Positions 52,201 to 64,000 of a DNA stretch of 64,000 bases are shown one piece after another. Position numbers and translations under genes: made by a program. Numbering within the stretch: the stretch's first letter is position 1; the number at the start of each line of letters is the position of its first letter. The stretch covers positions 19,716,001 through 19,780,000 of the forward strand of contig CM060732.1 of assembly GCA_030704615.1 (NCBI GenBank). Direction: 5' to 3'. The notes beneath the pieces are model-generated. The model did no database searches. It saw only the letters and a list, made by a program, of their open reading frames with translations, and was not told where the DNA came from. This stretch comes from Takakia lepidozioides. Taxonomy: Eukaryota > Plantae > Bryophyta.

Positions 52201-55200
52201 AAACCAGCTGGACCTCAAAGTCAAGGTTCTGAGGAGCGATGGTGGGGGAGAATTCCTAAATCAGGAATTCAAAAACTATCTTGCTGAGAAAGGCATAAAG
52301 AGCCAAGTAACAGCGAGGGACAGTCCAGCCCAGAATGGAGTGGCAGAGAGATTAAACAGAACACTGGTTGAGAAGGCTAGATGTATGCTACAGACCTCAG
52401 GCCTTGGACCAGAGTTTTGGGGAGAGGCGATCAGCACTGCCACCTATCTGAAAAATTTGAGTCCCACGCGAGCTTTGAAAGACATGACTCCAGAGGAGGC
52501 GTGGAGTGGGAAGAAGCCAAACCTGAAGCATCTAAGAGTTTTTGGTTGTGCTGCTTATGCATTGATACCTGACGGCAAAGGAGCAAGTTGGATGCCAAGT
52601 CAGAAAGATGTATCTTCATTGGGTATGATCTGGGATGCAAGGGGTACAAGGTCTACAATCCTAGAACCAAGAGGTCAATCAGGAGTAGAGATGTCCTGTT
52701 TGATGAGGATAATTTTGGGAAGGAGACAAAGCCCAAGGACCTGTCCGTTCCTGTGATAATCCCTGATGTGGGAGAAAAAAAAGGGGAACAACCAGTAGTA
52801 AAGGTTTACACTCGAAGGGAGAAGGTGGCGAAGAAACCAGAAGAGGATGAAGATTCTGAAGATCGGGATCCTATTGACAAGGATGGGGGGCCTAGAAGGT
52901 CAGGAAGGATCAGCAACCCCCAGAAAGGTTTGGAGCTAATGTGGCAGAAGGACTGACTGGTCTGACTATGGATAACATAGGGCAGATGGAAAGTTGTTTC
53001 CATGCCCTTGATGATGCAGAGAGAACCAGCCACCCTCAATGACGCTTTGGCAAGGGATGATGCCAATGAGTGGGAGGGAGCTGTACTAGAGGAGATGAAA
53101 TCTCTAAAAGAAAACCAGACTTGGGAGCTGGTAACACTGCCTGGTGGTAGAAAGGCGGTAGATTGCAAGTGGGTTTTCAAAGTGAAAAGAGGACCCAACA
53201 ATGAGATAGTGAAGTACAAGGCCAGACTTGTGGCCAGAGGCTTCACACAGACTGCAGGGCTTGACTACAATGAAACTTTTGCCCCAGTGGCAAAGTTCAC
53301 CTCCATCCGATGTTTACTGGCATTGGCAGCGAAGCATGACTGGGAGATAGAACACATGGACGTGAAGACTGCATTCTTGAATGGGGATCTCCAGGAGGAG
53401 ATCTACATGAAACAACCAGAAGGCTTCCAAGAAGGTGATAAGGTGTGTCGGCTCAAGAAATCGTTATATGGACTCAAACAGGCATCGAGGACATGGTATG
53501 AGAAGATCAATAGCTACTTGACAGGCCAAGGTTTTGTAAGGAGTACAGCTGATCAGAGCATTTACTACATGACATCAGGTGTCATGATAATAGCACTCTA
53601 TGTGGATGACCTGCTACTGATCAGCGACAACAAGGATACCATGCGCAGGCAGAAGCATGATTTGAGTGAAACCTTTGAGATGGTTGATCTTGGAGCCGTG
53701 AACTACCTACTTGGAATTCAGATTCTGAGGGACAGGAAGGCGAGAACTATAAAGTTGAGCCAAGAGAGGTATGTCAGGAATGTTGTTTCGAATTTTGGTA
53801 TGCAGGACTGCAAACCAGCACCAACACCATTGGAAACCGGCTGCAAGCTGAGTAAGGAAATGGAGCCAAAATCTCCAAGTGAGATTGAGGAAATGGCTAA
53901 GGTTCCATATCAGCAAGCCATGGGATCTCTGATGTATGCAATGATTGGCACCAGGCCAGACATTGCCTATGCAGTGGGAATGCTTAGTAAGTTCATGCAC
54001 AACCCAGGACCTCAGCATTGGAAAGCACTCAAGAGGGTGATTAGATATTTGAAAGGGACTGCGGATACATGTCTAACTTACAACAAGCAGGACACTGGAG
54101 CATCACTAGAAGGATACAGTGATGCAGATTGGGCAGGAGACACAGATGAGAGGAGATCCATATCTGCCTACTGCTTTGTAATGAGTGGAGGTGCTGTGAG
54201 CTGGAGCAGCAAAAGACAGCAGACCACTGCTCTATCCTCGACTGAGTCAGAGTATATGGCTCTGACTCATGCAGCTAAAGAAGCCATTTGGATTCGAAGG
54301 CTTCTTGGTGAACTTGGCTTCAGTCAAGAACAGCCAACGAAAGTGCATGCTGATAACAGGAGCAGCATTGAGCTGATCAAGAATCCTGTTCATCACGCCC
54401 GGACCAAGCACATAGATATCAAACATCATTTCATTAGAGAAATGATTGGTTTGGAGATTGAGTTGGTTTACTGTAGGACTGAGGACATGGCAGCTGATGC
54501 ACTCACAAAGGCTCTATCCAAAGAAAAGCATTCTAGATGCATGGAACTGATTGGGTTAAGCCTCAATCCTCGCTGAGTGGGAGTGTTAGAAGTCAGCTCA
54601 GATTTAGTTAGCTAGGGTTCTGTTAGGGTTTTTTGACGGCTAGGGATAGTTCTACCAGAAGGTTCCAGCCACCAGAAGTTTCTAGAGAACTCATGTAGGA
54701 TTTAAGAGAAAGGCTGAGGCAATGCCCAGCACTTCTTCTAGCATTTTGGATGTGCTATCCTAGTAGATTGCAGAGAGAGGAGGAGGAGAAGTCCAGCATC
54801 TACTTTTGTAAGTTCTTTTCTTTTGCAGTAAGGAGCATTCTTGTTAGGACTGACACTTCTTGTTAGTACTAACTCTTTGGTTGGTTTAGGCTGTCAGTTT
54901 TTGTACTGCTGCTTGTGCTAGAAGCTATCTGTCAATATCACTAGGAGGTAGAGGACAGGTCTAGTTTCCAACAAATCTGACCATCAATCTCTCAAATAGG
55001 TGGAGATTGCTCATGGTGGTCGGGGGCCTCCATCCTCTGTGGACCGTTATAGCAGCTACAACAGTGGGGGTGGGGGAGGTGGTGGTGGTGGGGGTGATGG
55101 TGGTGGTCGCCCTGGTGGTGTCTCTCGCCGCTCTGAATACAGGGGTATGGATTCTTCTGTAGGGCTTGCTTTTGTTGGTTGTCAGGGAATTGTTCTTTAT

Positions 55201-58116
55201 ATAGATGATCAGCATGGGATCTTAAGGAAAATCTTCTTACAGCTCTGCCGCTTGCTCTTTTTACAGTGATTATTACGGGGCTGCCATCATCCGCTTCCTG
55301 GCAGGACTTGAAGGTGTGTTCATCACCCGGAACAATCTAACTTCTTTGCAATTTTTTTCTTAAAGATCGTCCTGGTGGCTGTAGTCATGCTGGCTGCACC
55401 TGGTGGCGAGTTGATGGCTTAGTCTTTGATTTTGCCTAGATCTTGTCAACTCTGCCACAATGGCTGCTGGTGGTGGATGCGATTCTTCTAGAATGCATCA
55501 GGCGCTATGGAAAGGCTTGCTCATAAGAAAGGTTACTTCTAGAGCTGAACCCAACAACCACGAATGGATTGGAGTCTGAGTCAGTACATGAAGTTTCGCA
55601 CCGTAGACTCTTGAGCTGAGGACTGTTTTCTCTCTCTGCAGGATCACATGCGCAGAGCAGGAGATGTCTGTTTTGCCCAGGTTTTCCGTGATGGCAGTGG
55701 TAATCTAATTTCTACTGTTTTAACGTGTTCATTTCCTGCTGCAAGGGGTTTAATTTGGCACCGTGTGAGGATTTTTGGGTAAGATGGGTAATACTTATTG
55801 TGTGGTCTCTGCAGCCGGGACGATGGGTATTGTGGACTTCACCAACTACGATGACATGAAATATGCAGTATGTCCTTGCATTTTCCCACAAAATTTCTGT
55901 TAGAGCACAGATTGTTACTGGCTTTGCTTTCTGTGTGGTTCTCTGTGCAGAGGGCTTGGTGTGATCTGTTGTGAACTGTCCCAAAGTGTCGTATTCACTC
56001 TGTGTCTCAAAACCTGTTGCAGATCAGGAAGCTGGATGATTCAGAGTTCCGAAATCCCTTCTCTCGCTCCTTTATTCGGGTATGATCTCCCAACTATAGT
56101 TTTGTAATTCTATTCTTGTTGCGCGAGTATGCAGAGGGCCACAGCATTTGCATGGACAGCTACATAAAGTTTGATTTTGAAGTCATCTGGAACTTCTAGG
56201 TACTAATCCTATGTTTTCTCTTCTCTAGGTGAAGGAAGATAAGGGTTATGGGTCAAGCAGAAGAAGCATATCCCGCAGTCGCAGCCGGAGCCGCAGGTTT
56301 TATCTTGTGGCTTATATGTTCATTAAATCTGTTCTTTAGTTTGGATTGATGGGACAGTTGAGTGATAGACTAGGCCAGTTTAAACAAGGTTTTGGCCATC
56401 CAAAATGAGTTCTGGCAACAATTTGGAATCTACGTCAGTTCAGTCATTGGGTCGTTTTGTGTTGATCTGATTGATTATATACTACTTTGTTGTGGAAAGT
56501 CACAATGTTTTTTCTTGCCCCCAGCTGGGGTCACTGGTTTTGCCAATCCTGGCTGGAGGTTCACCTTGACCTATTTGAAATCTGGAGCATGGTCAATCAA
56601 TGGACAATGTGTGTGTTATTAGGGTGGGATGACAAGCTCCTGAACATGGTAGGAAGCACCAAGGCGTGTGGTCTTCAGGACTTAGGCAGGACTCTATGTT
56701 TGAGTTTAGTGTGTCATTTGCGTGATGTCTGTAGTCTCATTTTTGAATGGGGCGGATCAGAGATTAGGGTCATCTTGTGGTCTTGTTGCTGCAGCCGGTC
56801 ACGCAGCAAGTCAGTGCGTAGTCGGTCACCAGCATCACACTCTCGTTCTCCACGCTCTCGCACACCTAACTCTCGGTCACGATCTATCCTTTCACTTTCC
56901 AGGTATGTCCCCAGTCTGGTGTGTGTTGTTGGCATAGTGATGTTGTGTAGATACCTCCCGTTTCAGTGTGCGCAAGGGAGACAGATGTACACAGTGGACG
57001 GTGCTTCGCATTTCTTTAGTGTCATGATCATGGGTGCAGTTCGAGAAAATAGCTGGCAGGGTTAGTGACTTCTTTTATTTCAGCATAGACTTTTTGTTGT
57101 TTAACCTTATGTTGTAGGAGGGACTAATACAAATTGTCTTCTGTCTCTTGACTGTGATGTTGGGTTGTCCTGGTTCAGATCACGGTCACCTGTGCGACGC
57201 TTGGTATGTCCTTTAAGCTTTGCAATAACTGTGTTTTGTTGATGAAACCAGTCCTGATGAATTAGCTTTTTTTTTGCCATTTTGGTTGATCCCAGACTGA
57301 CTGTAGCTGGGCCATATTATGCTTCTATTTCCCTTTCTGTGCTCATCACATTTCCAGGTTCAGACAGAGACTGCAATGATAGGTATTAACACGATGGGAG
57401 GTTACACAGGCCTCGCCTATGAAAGAGTACAGCCGGAGCCCAAGTGGAAGCCGTTCTCCCCCTCCTGTAAACACCTTTACCTATTTACCTTTCTTCATAC
57501 TTCATGCACTGATAATCATCTTGCATGAGACATTCAGTGTAGCATCCTCGAAGTAAATGGTAAAGACCATATGTCAGGCATGAGGTGTTCCAGTCTCAGC
57601 AAAGGTAGTGCTTTGGTTCAACACTCTGGGAATGCCCAATAGTTGTTGCTGATTGTATCAACCTGTGTGCAGAAGGTTGTGGAAAATAGCCTGCGTAATG
57701 CAGATCGAAGCCGGAGTCCTAGAGGAGAAAGCCCAAGAGCAGAAGCTAATGTACTCGCTCAATTCTCCTTCCCACCAACCATATGGCAATGTTCTTCATT
57801 GCTTCATTTCCCTTTAGACTTACAGCAGTTGAACTTATATCACAAGATGGTTGGTCATATGCAAGATTCGCATCTCTCTCTCTCTCTCTCTCTCTCTTTT
57901 CCGCTCAAACTGGGCGCGGGTCAATGGCCACAAGGCTACGGCAAACAACGTCTTATGAGTACATTCTCTCTCTCTCTCTCTCTCTCTCCCCAAACTTGTT
58001 CCGCTCAAACTGGGCGCGGGGTCAATGGCCACAAGGCTACGGCACACAACGTCTTATGAGTACATTCTCTCTCTCTCTCTCTCTCACAGTACCCTGTCTA
58101 TTAGGATGCCTGTTAA
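49219..58116 (+). CDS. SR34: Serine/arginine-rich splicing factor, ASF/SF2 type (SR34/SR30-like), ~311 aa
   Basis: Exons 49219-49305, 49482-49547, 49870-49944, 55000-55144, 55267-55313, 55642-55699, 55815-55867, 56023-56079, 56229-56296, 56795-56902, 57179-57203, 57410-57466, 57673-57750, and tentatively 58105-58116. RRM1 (IYVGNLP), Gly linker, pseudo-RRM SWQDLKDHMR, RS domain. Confidence 0.92.
50203..54973 (+). mobile_element. Full-length Ty1/copia LTR retrotransposon in SR gene intron 3
   Basis: 390-bp TG...CA LTRs (50203-50592, 54584-54973), identical by eye; 5-bp TSD aatct; PBS ggttatgggccca; PPT gagtgggag. Confidence 0.97.
50597..54576 (+). CDS. Copia Gag-Pol polyprotein (gag, protease, integrase, RT, RNase H) with three apparent 1-bp frameshifts
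   Basis: [80 protein letters not shown]. Confidence 0.93.
57871..58085. repeat. ~100-bp tandem duplication bounded by (CT)n tracts
   Basis: ccgctcaaactgggcgcgggtcaatggccacaaggctacggc...cttatgagtacatt occurs twice, with three (CT)n runs. Confidence 0.85.
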
Positions 58117-58858
58117 TTAGGTAGTTGGGTGTCATGAATCTAAGATCTTAATTGGTCTTTTGTTTGGACCTTGGAGGGGGGAGCTTCTGATCGAAGCACT
58201 TCTCCAGTGTCAAATGGTGTAAATGACTGAACACATCTGTTCTTGAATGAGCCAAGAAATCTATTGTTGTTGATGTGCCACCTATCTAGTTGGGGAGATG
58301 TTCGATTGGCAAGGTTGGATTAGCCATGGTCCTCCGTAGACACTTTTGGCAGGTCATGCTCTCCCTTAAGGTTGTCTACCTTCGTGCTGTCAACTGTCAT
58401 TTTGCAGGGATTCGGTTGTGTTGTTGCTCATGTTAGAGTTTCAGTAATTTAACCCTCTTCTGACACATTTTTGTTATGTGCAATGGTTTTTTAAAACCTG
58501 AATAGGTGCTATAAAACTTATTTGGGAGTTAGTAGCTAGTTGTAAGCCTCAAACTTTATCATGCAGACCAGTCTGCAACTTAAAGGGGTACTTTATATTT
58601 GAAACGGCTTCCACTCCGACTGAGTGGAATGTTTGGTGTGCCAGTAGGGAGCTCAAAAATATGACTCTTTACTATGATGAGATGTTCCTGCAATGAATAT
58701 TCCACTATCAGGTTTGTGGTCTATTATTGCTAACTTGGGTCACTGCCTTCGTATCAGAGGAAGTGCAACAACTACAAGCAGCATAGGAGGAGACAAAATC
58801 TGCTTTATTGAGTTCAGGACGTCTCGAGGTCATGTGAAAGTCCACAGCTGGTTGTGAC

Positions 58859-59608
58859 AAGTGTTGACCGGGTACCACGTTTTGAGCCCTCTTCCGGTCC
58901 CGGTTATGGCCTACTCCTTGAAAAAAATGGATGGTCGGGGCAGGGTATATCAATAGGTTTGAAAAACATATCGGTTACAGGTTCTCATTAAACACATGAA
59001 TTTTTTCTTGTCTGGTTCTCAATCTACTGGTTATGCCATCTTAAAAATTGCCGGTTCCATGGTACCGGTTATGGGACTCATCCATTTTATATTCTTACTT
59101 TCTCTAGCATTTTTGTGTATGTGTGTGAAAGTACACAAGAGGGCTGTGGCTTGGTGGTAAGCCACTCGCGGATTGGCGTGTGGGACTCGGGTCCAATCGT
59201 TCAACCCCTATCATCTATCTATTGCCTTCAGGCTGCCCCTCTAATACACCAAGTTTATAACTATTGTTTAGCCAAATGCCCAACTAATTAATTTCCTATT
59301 TACTTGGGCATCCTCAATGCTGTGCACCTAATCTTAACTACCATCACCCTACCATCACCAACCCCTACACCTATATTATCTAGAACCACATCTACGCCAT
59401 CCCCATTTGCTCCGGATCCTGCTCCGGGTATAACACCCTTATAATCACAGTGCCGGTTCTCTAGCCGGTTAGGAAGCTCGATGGCTTTTGCCGGTTCCCT
59501 TCCATAGCCAGTTCCTCCGGGGGGTGCACTTTCCGGGTATGCATATGTGCATAACCGGCAAATAACCGCCGGGTATGCATGTCCAGATGCCATACCCGGC
59601 CAACACTG
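58859..59608. mobile_element. hAT-type MITE A (contains a tRNA-like segment ~59140-59210)
   Basis: TIR aagtgttgaccgggta...tacccggccaacactg; TSD gttgtgac/gttatgac. Confidence 0.75.
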
Positions 59609-59616
59609 GTTATGAC

Positions 59617-60075
59617 CAGTGTTGGGCGGCTAACCGGACAGGCGCCGGTTAGCCAGACCGGAGCCCGCCTGATCCAGAAGAACCGGAACCAACCAACCGA
59701 ACCTGACCTAATTTCTGGACAGAGGGTAAGAACCTGACCCAATTTCTGGACATGGTTAAGAATGGGAACCGGTTGACTGCACTTGCTTAGACCTGCCTTA
59801 AAACGTTCCAACAGGTTGTGGTTCCGGTTGTGGTTCCGGTTCCGGTTCCTGCAGTGTTCGGAAACCTGTGGTGGGGAAACTTGACATGTGAGGCTCTGTA
59901 CCCATGCCAGCTTGCATCAGATACTGGGTTCAATCCTTCATAATGTCAATTTATGAATTAAATTTTAGAGACCTCAGCAACTAGGTATAAAGTTAATTTC
60001 ATCATATTTGTACTTTCTTGAAATAGTTTTTTGTACTGAAGGTTCCTTCACAAATGCAAGAACCGCCCAACCCTG
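59617..60075. mobile_element. hAT-type MITE B
   Basis: TIR cagtgttgggcgg...ccgcccaaccctg; TSD gttatgac/attatgac. Confidence 0.75.
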
Positions 60076-60514
60076 ATTATGACGGTATCACTTGTGACTT
60101 TACATGGTCAGATTTATCTAGTTTGTGTTAATCTCAGTCATTAGGTTTCTTTCTAAAGAACGGAAATGTACCAGATCTCATTGGTGCATCAAGTGATTTG
60201 GTGTCACTTACTTGTGCTGGTAAATGGGCAAAGCTGAAGTGAGAATCTGTCTTGGGGATAAGATTCTCTTTTTATGTCTGTATTTATTTTTTCTATTATG
60301 CTTTTTTGGATGATCTTTATATGTAACCTTTCAATAACATTCTAGAACTAACTTGAGAGACTCTTAAATTAGTTTGTGTTAGTGTAGTAAGGTGAGGGTT
60401 AGTAGCACTCCGTTGTAGTTTTGGGCTTTCGTACACGCATTAAACATGATGATTAATGTTTAAGGACAATAGCTTTTAAGTTGGATGAAAACATGCATGC
60501 ATTACCAACCACCA

Positions 60515-60977
60515 TCAATATATGAATCGAGACGTTTGTTTTGTAGATTTGAGATGTCCCCAACCGCGAGGCCCCAGCCTTGGTGCTTGGTACCATTGGA
60601 AAGCCCTCGACGAGGAGGGGTGCACCGGCTTGGTCTCATGATTTTTGGACCTGCAATGTGGGAGATGTGGAATTTCAAGTACTTTGGGTCGTTGGAAATT
60701 CCCGAAAAATAGCAAAGTGGGAATTACTGGGACAATGGTTGGAGCCTCGAGAGGAGAGATATCAAGGGAAAGGTCTCCGGTTCAAATCTGGTCGTAGGCT
60801 ATGTGGAAAAAAAATGCATTTGGACTTAGATGACATTGGACCCTTGAGCCAATGGCAGAGGCTACCGTAGAGGTCGCACTTGGGCCTCGACATAGGAGAC
60901 GCACTTGCATACATAGGAGATTGCACTTGGGCTTAGATGACACTTGACACTTGGGCCAACGGCACAGGCTACCCTAG
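60515..60977 (+). mobile_element. Intact non-autonomous Helitron, 463 bp
   Basis: Inserted between A and T: a|tcaatatatg ... gccaacggcacaggctaccctag|t, with no TSD. Confidence 0.82.
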
Positions 60978-61192
60978 TTGGACATGGATGATGCAACATG
61001 AAATGCCATTAGTATCTAACCTCACAAAATATGTGTATACAAGGTTAGGTTATAATGAATTATTGGCGTATATGTATATTTTGAATCTTTCGTATTTATA
61101 ATGCTTTGAGTACGCATTTAGATGATAGACTATAGCTGGTCCAATATTTTGAGAAAAAGTATTTTGAAACAATAGATAAACATAAATAGCAT

Positions 61193-61672
61193 CCACCCTC
61201 TCTTGAGAGTGTCATGGAACTTAAGGAGTATAAACTCCAGTCGGGGTTACACGACGAGGTGTGTAACTCCACTCGGGGTTACACAAAATGGAGTGTACCT
61301 CCACTCCGTGTGAGTTACACCTGGTCTCGAAATTTGACAATTTGACTAAGTACAAAATGGTAACCAGATTTACATGAGAGACCGGGGTTACAGAGGGTTA
61401 CACTGATTGGGATACTAATACTCGGGTTACACCACAAGAGCCTCCCACACGAATCTGGAACTTCGCCGCCTGCAATGCCATCACGCTACCCACTACAACA
61501 TGCAACCCACTTGGATTCTTAAGTATTTAATAGTGAAACCGGGGTAAGAGGGGTGGGGAGGATTTGACATGGGCCCCCCCCCTCGGAGGAGCCCAGGCTG
61601 CCGGAATCCGGCGAAAGTACATCGCACGCGTCCATCCAGTTCTTACAATATTCGTATTGTCTTCTGTAACAA
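61193..61672. mobile_element. Fold-back element, copy 2 (inverted relative to 40258-40844, one end truncated)
   Basis: Reverse-complement colinearity with ~40258-40745. Confidence 0.7.
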
Positions 61673-61757
61673 AAATACCTTTTCCCAGCAGGCGCTCTAT
61701 CTGGCGCGCCATCATCAAAATAGCGCGGCCGCTAACAACACCTTCACGCGCTTCATA

Positions 61758-62244
61758 ATGGTGAGCCTCGCCATAAAAGATGGCATAATGGTGCCCTACA
61801 TCGATGTCCCTACTTCTCTGATTACCAAGCGCAGATGCAGAGAGGGGTAGATGTGCAAAGACCAGCTTCGAGGCTACTATTTTGAACAAACCCGCGACCA
61901 TAAATGGTGGCATAGGTTATATTCCACAGTGTGGACACATCACCGGTGAATGCATGCATTTTGTACGAAAGACATTATGATAGCAAAAGGGCGGACTCCG
62001 CGTAGTCATATGCTTTTCAATTTGGAGGTAGCAAAAGGACTAACGGAGGGGTAGGTTGGTCCCAGGAGAACAATGATGCCAGGGTCAGATGTGCACAACC
62101 CGGTCACAGTGCATTTTTCCCTCAAGAGTAATAGGAGGAGGAAGTGTTGAATCCGGGGTTCGACAAAGGTACTTCTGTGCAATGTGTGGTGATCAGTCCA
62201 TGTGCCTTGGACGATGTTTTGTGAAAAGCCACAGCATCTTGTGA
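61758..62244 (+). pseudogene. piggyBac-type (PGBD) transposase C-terminal remnant
   Basis: With frameshifts it reads DYQAQMQRGVDVQ-DQLRGYY..RDHKWWHRL..VNACILY..QLEVAKGL..RRRKC*I..RYFCAMCGDQSMCLGRCFVKSH*. Confidence 0.78.
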
Positions 62245-63278
62245 TGCATGTCAGCCCATGCTTTGAAGTTCACTAATTTGTTGGGTCATGTTCAATTTGC
62301 AGGTGGATCTGAGTCTTCCGAAAGAAGGGTACCAACATCGCATCAAACTTTTTTATGTTGTAACTTTGTGTCTGATCCTGAACACTCTAACTTGTTTGGG
62401 GTGTGAGGTACATGTTGTGGTTGTGCTTGAAGAGGTTGTACTAACTACTTACCAACATAGAGAGTCGTTTGACAAGTCCTAGCTTAGATCATGTGTAGGT
62501 GATGTGTAGGGGGGCGGGGGGGGGGGGGGGGGGTGGGGGGTGTGGTGGTTGCACACTTGGGGGGGGGGGGGGGGGGGTGACACCCCCGTTGTGTCATGTG
62601 TGAGCTGTTAGTTGGGGCAAGTTAGTTGGGTTCAAATCCCACTTACGCACTCATAAATCTGAAGCTGGTTTTCACATTTTGATGACAGATTGTTGGTGAC
62701 AATGTCATGGTAGATTGCAAAAGGTGTAGGAGGAAGGCTGCACAGTCTTGTTCTCAGATAGAAGTAGGATCAGATCTGGAATTACAAAGACTCATTTGGA
62801 AATCACAGTAAAATTCCTAAATCTCACCCCCTCCTGTTTGACCAAGTGTCACCACCCCAAATTTTGTTGAACTTCAACTTTTCTTTTTGGGTTGGATGCA
62901 AGACCCCACCACGATGAAGAGGGAGCAGATTTGGATGATTTGGAGCTGATCCCGTCACCCAAAGATTGATCGCAGTGAATCCAATTTGTATTTTTTTGTG
63001 AGTGGGGCCCAAAAATGGGACCCACTTTCAACTATAGGGTTTTCTTGATTGTATCCTGATTGACTTGAAAATTAGCAGGGACCAGCAGCATGAAGGTATC
63101 CACTATCCACCTAATGTCCAGCCAAAACCTTTAAATTATTATGATTTATATTAATTTTACGCTGCAGGGGCTAGATTTTTGTTAAAAATAAATAAAAATG
63201 AGCACGGGGCACTTAAGGGTAAATCCAAATGACTGCCACAGTGGGGCATCAGATGGAGTGGTTGGAAGTGGTTTGAAC

Positions 63279-63998
63279 CAGTGTTGGACCGGTATCATAA
63301 ATATTTCATACCAGCCAAGGTCTGGTATCGTGGGTGAAGAGGCCTCCTTCATACCTAGCAGGTAATGGTATCAAATTTTAATGTACCAGTCTGGTATGTA
63401 TATTGATTTTTTTGCCTGGTATGGTATGGTATGGTATGGTATCAGTATTGCAATTTTCAAAACTTATATTGGGGGTATATCAAGAGTGGTATCAATACAT
63501 TGCAACATACAACCAAAATGAACAGAAAAAGCTTGAAAATCATAGCACCTAACAATTTGACCACATGAGAACCCCAAGCCCTTACTCAACTTTCTGAAGC
63601 ATCATGCAATCACATCACCTGCTGAAGAAATTGCTAGGTTCTTAAACGAAAATGCCAAGCTCAAGGCATGTGCAAAGCACTTTACATCAGAAATCCATCT
63701 GGCAGGTACAAAATTTGGCTGGCATATAGCCAAAGTTGCTGCACCCTAATGACGAACGCTCCACATATTGATACCTAGGGTGCAAGCAACAGCAGATGAC
63801 CGAGTACTGGTATCGCCAAAGCTGTGCTCTTTGCAATACCAGGCTGGTCTGGTAAGAGCCCAGGTATTAGGGTTTTGCTATACTGCCCCCAATATGTTCT
63901 GGCCGGGGTACTGCCCGTTGCTTATACCCGCCTGGTCTGGTACCCTGCTGCGATACCCTTACCCGTGCTGATACCCCGCCTATACCGGTCCAACACTG
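63279..63998. mobile_element. hAT-type MITE
   Basis: 17-bp perfect TIR cagtgttggaccggtat...ataccggtccaacactg; left flank gtttgaac, right flank begins gt at the window end. Confidence 0.82.
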
Positions 63999-64000
63999 GT

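Noticed and set aside
62509-62578. Long poly-G runs (G-quadruplex candidate)
   Set aside because: Simple homopolymers inside TE-derived DNA; run length is unreliable in assemblies

Overview
Intron-rich, TE-rich nuclear DNA of a land plant, probably a non-seed plant such as a bryophyte or lycophyte (inferred from the PLS-PPR remnant, the half-tRNA-primed Copia and the gene content). Six spliced genes can be rebuilt with phase-consistent GT-AG junctions. They are a Tudor-less SMN homolog (-), CKS1 (+, head-to-head with SMN; key exons of both are missing from the ORF track), a PXC3-like LRR receptor kinase (-), a 343-aa seven-transmembrane protein (-), an MPB2C-like coiled-coil protein (-) and an SR34/ASF-SF2-type splicing factor (+). 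Intron 3 of the splicing factor holds a young, complete Ty1/copia element sitting at the branch-point region. Intergenic DNA contains non-autonomous Helitron arrays, tRNA-derived SINEs with TSDs, hAT, Tourist and fold-back MITEs, a nested Ty3/gypsy cluster and a piggyBac-type transposase fossil. The best novel-system candidate is the 7TM gene. Its membrane domain resembles plant RGS1 and class C (GABA-B-like) GPCRs, but it has no RGS box and ends in a regular six-heptad coiled coil. All calls come from reading the sequence by eye; no database search was run.
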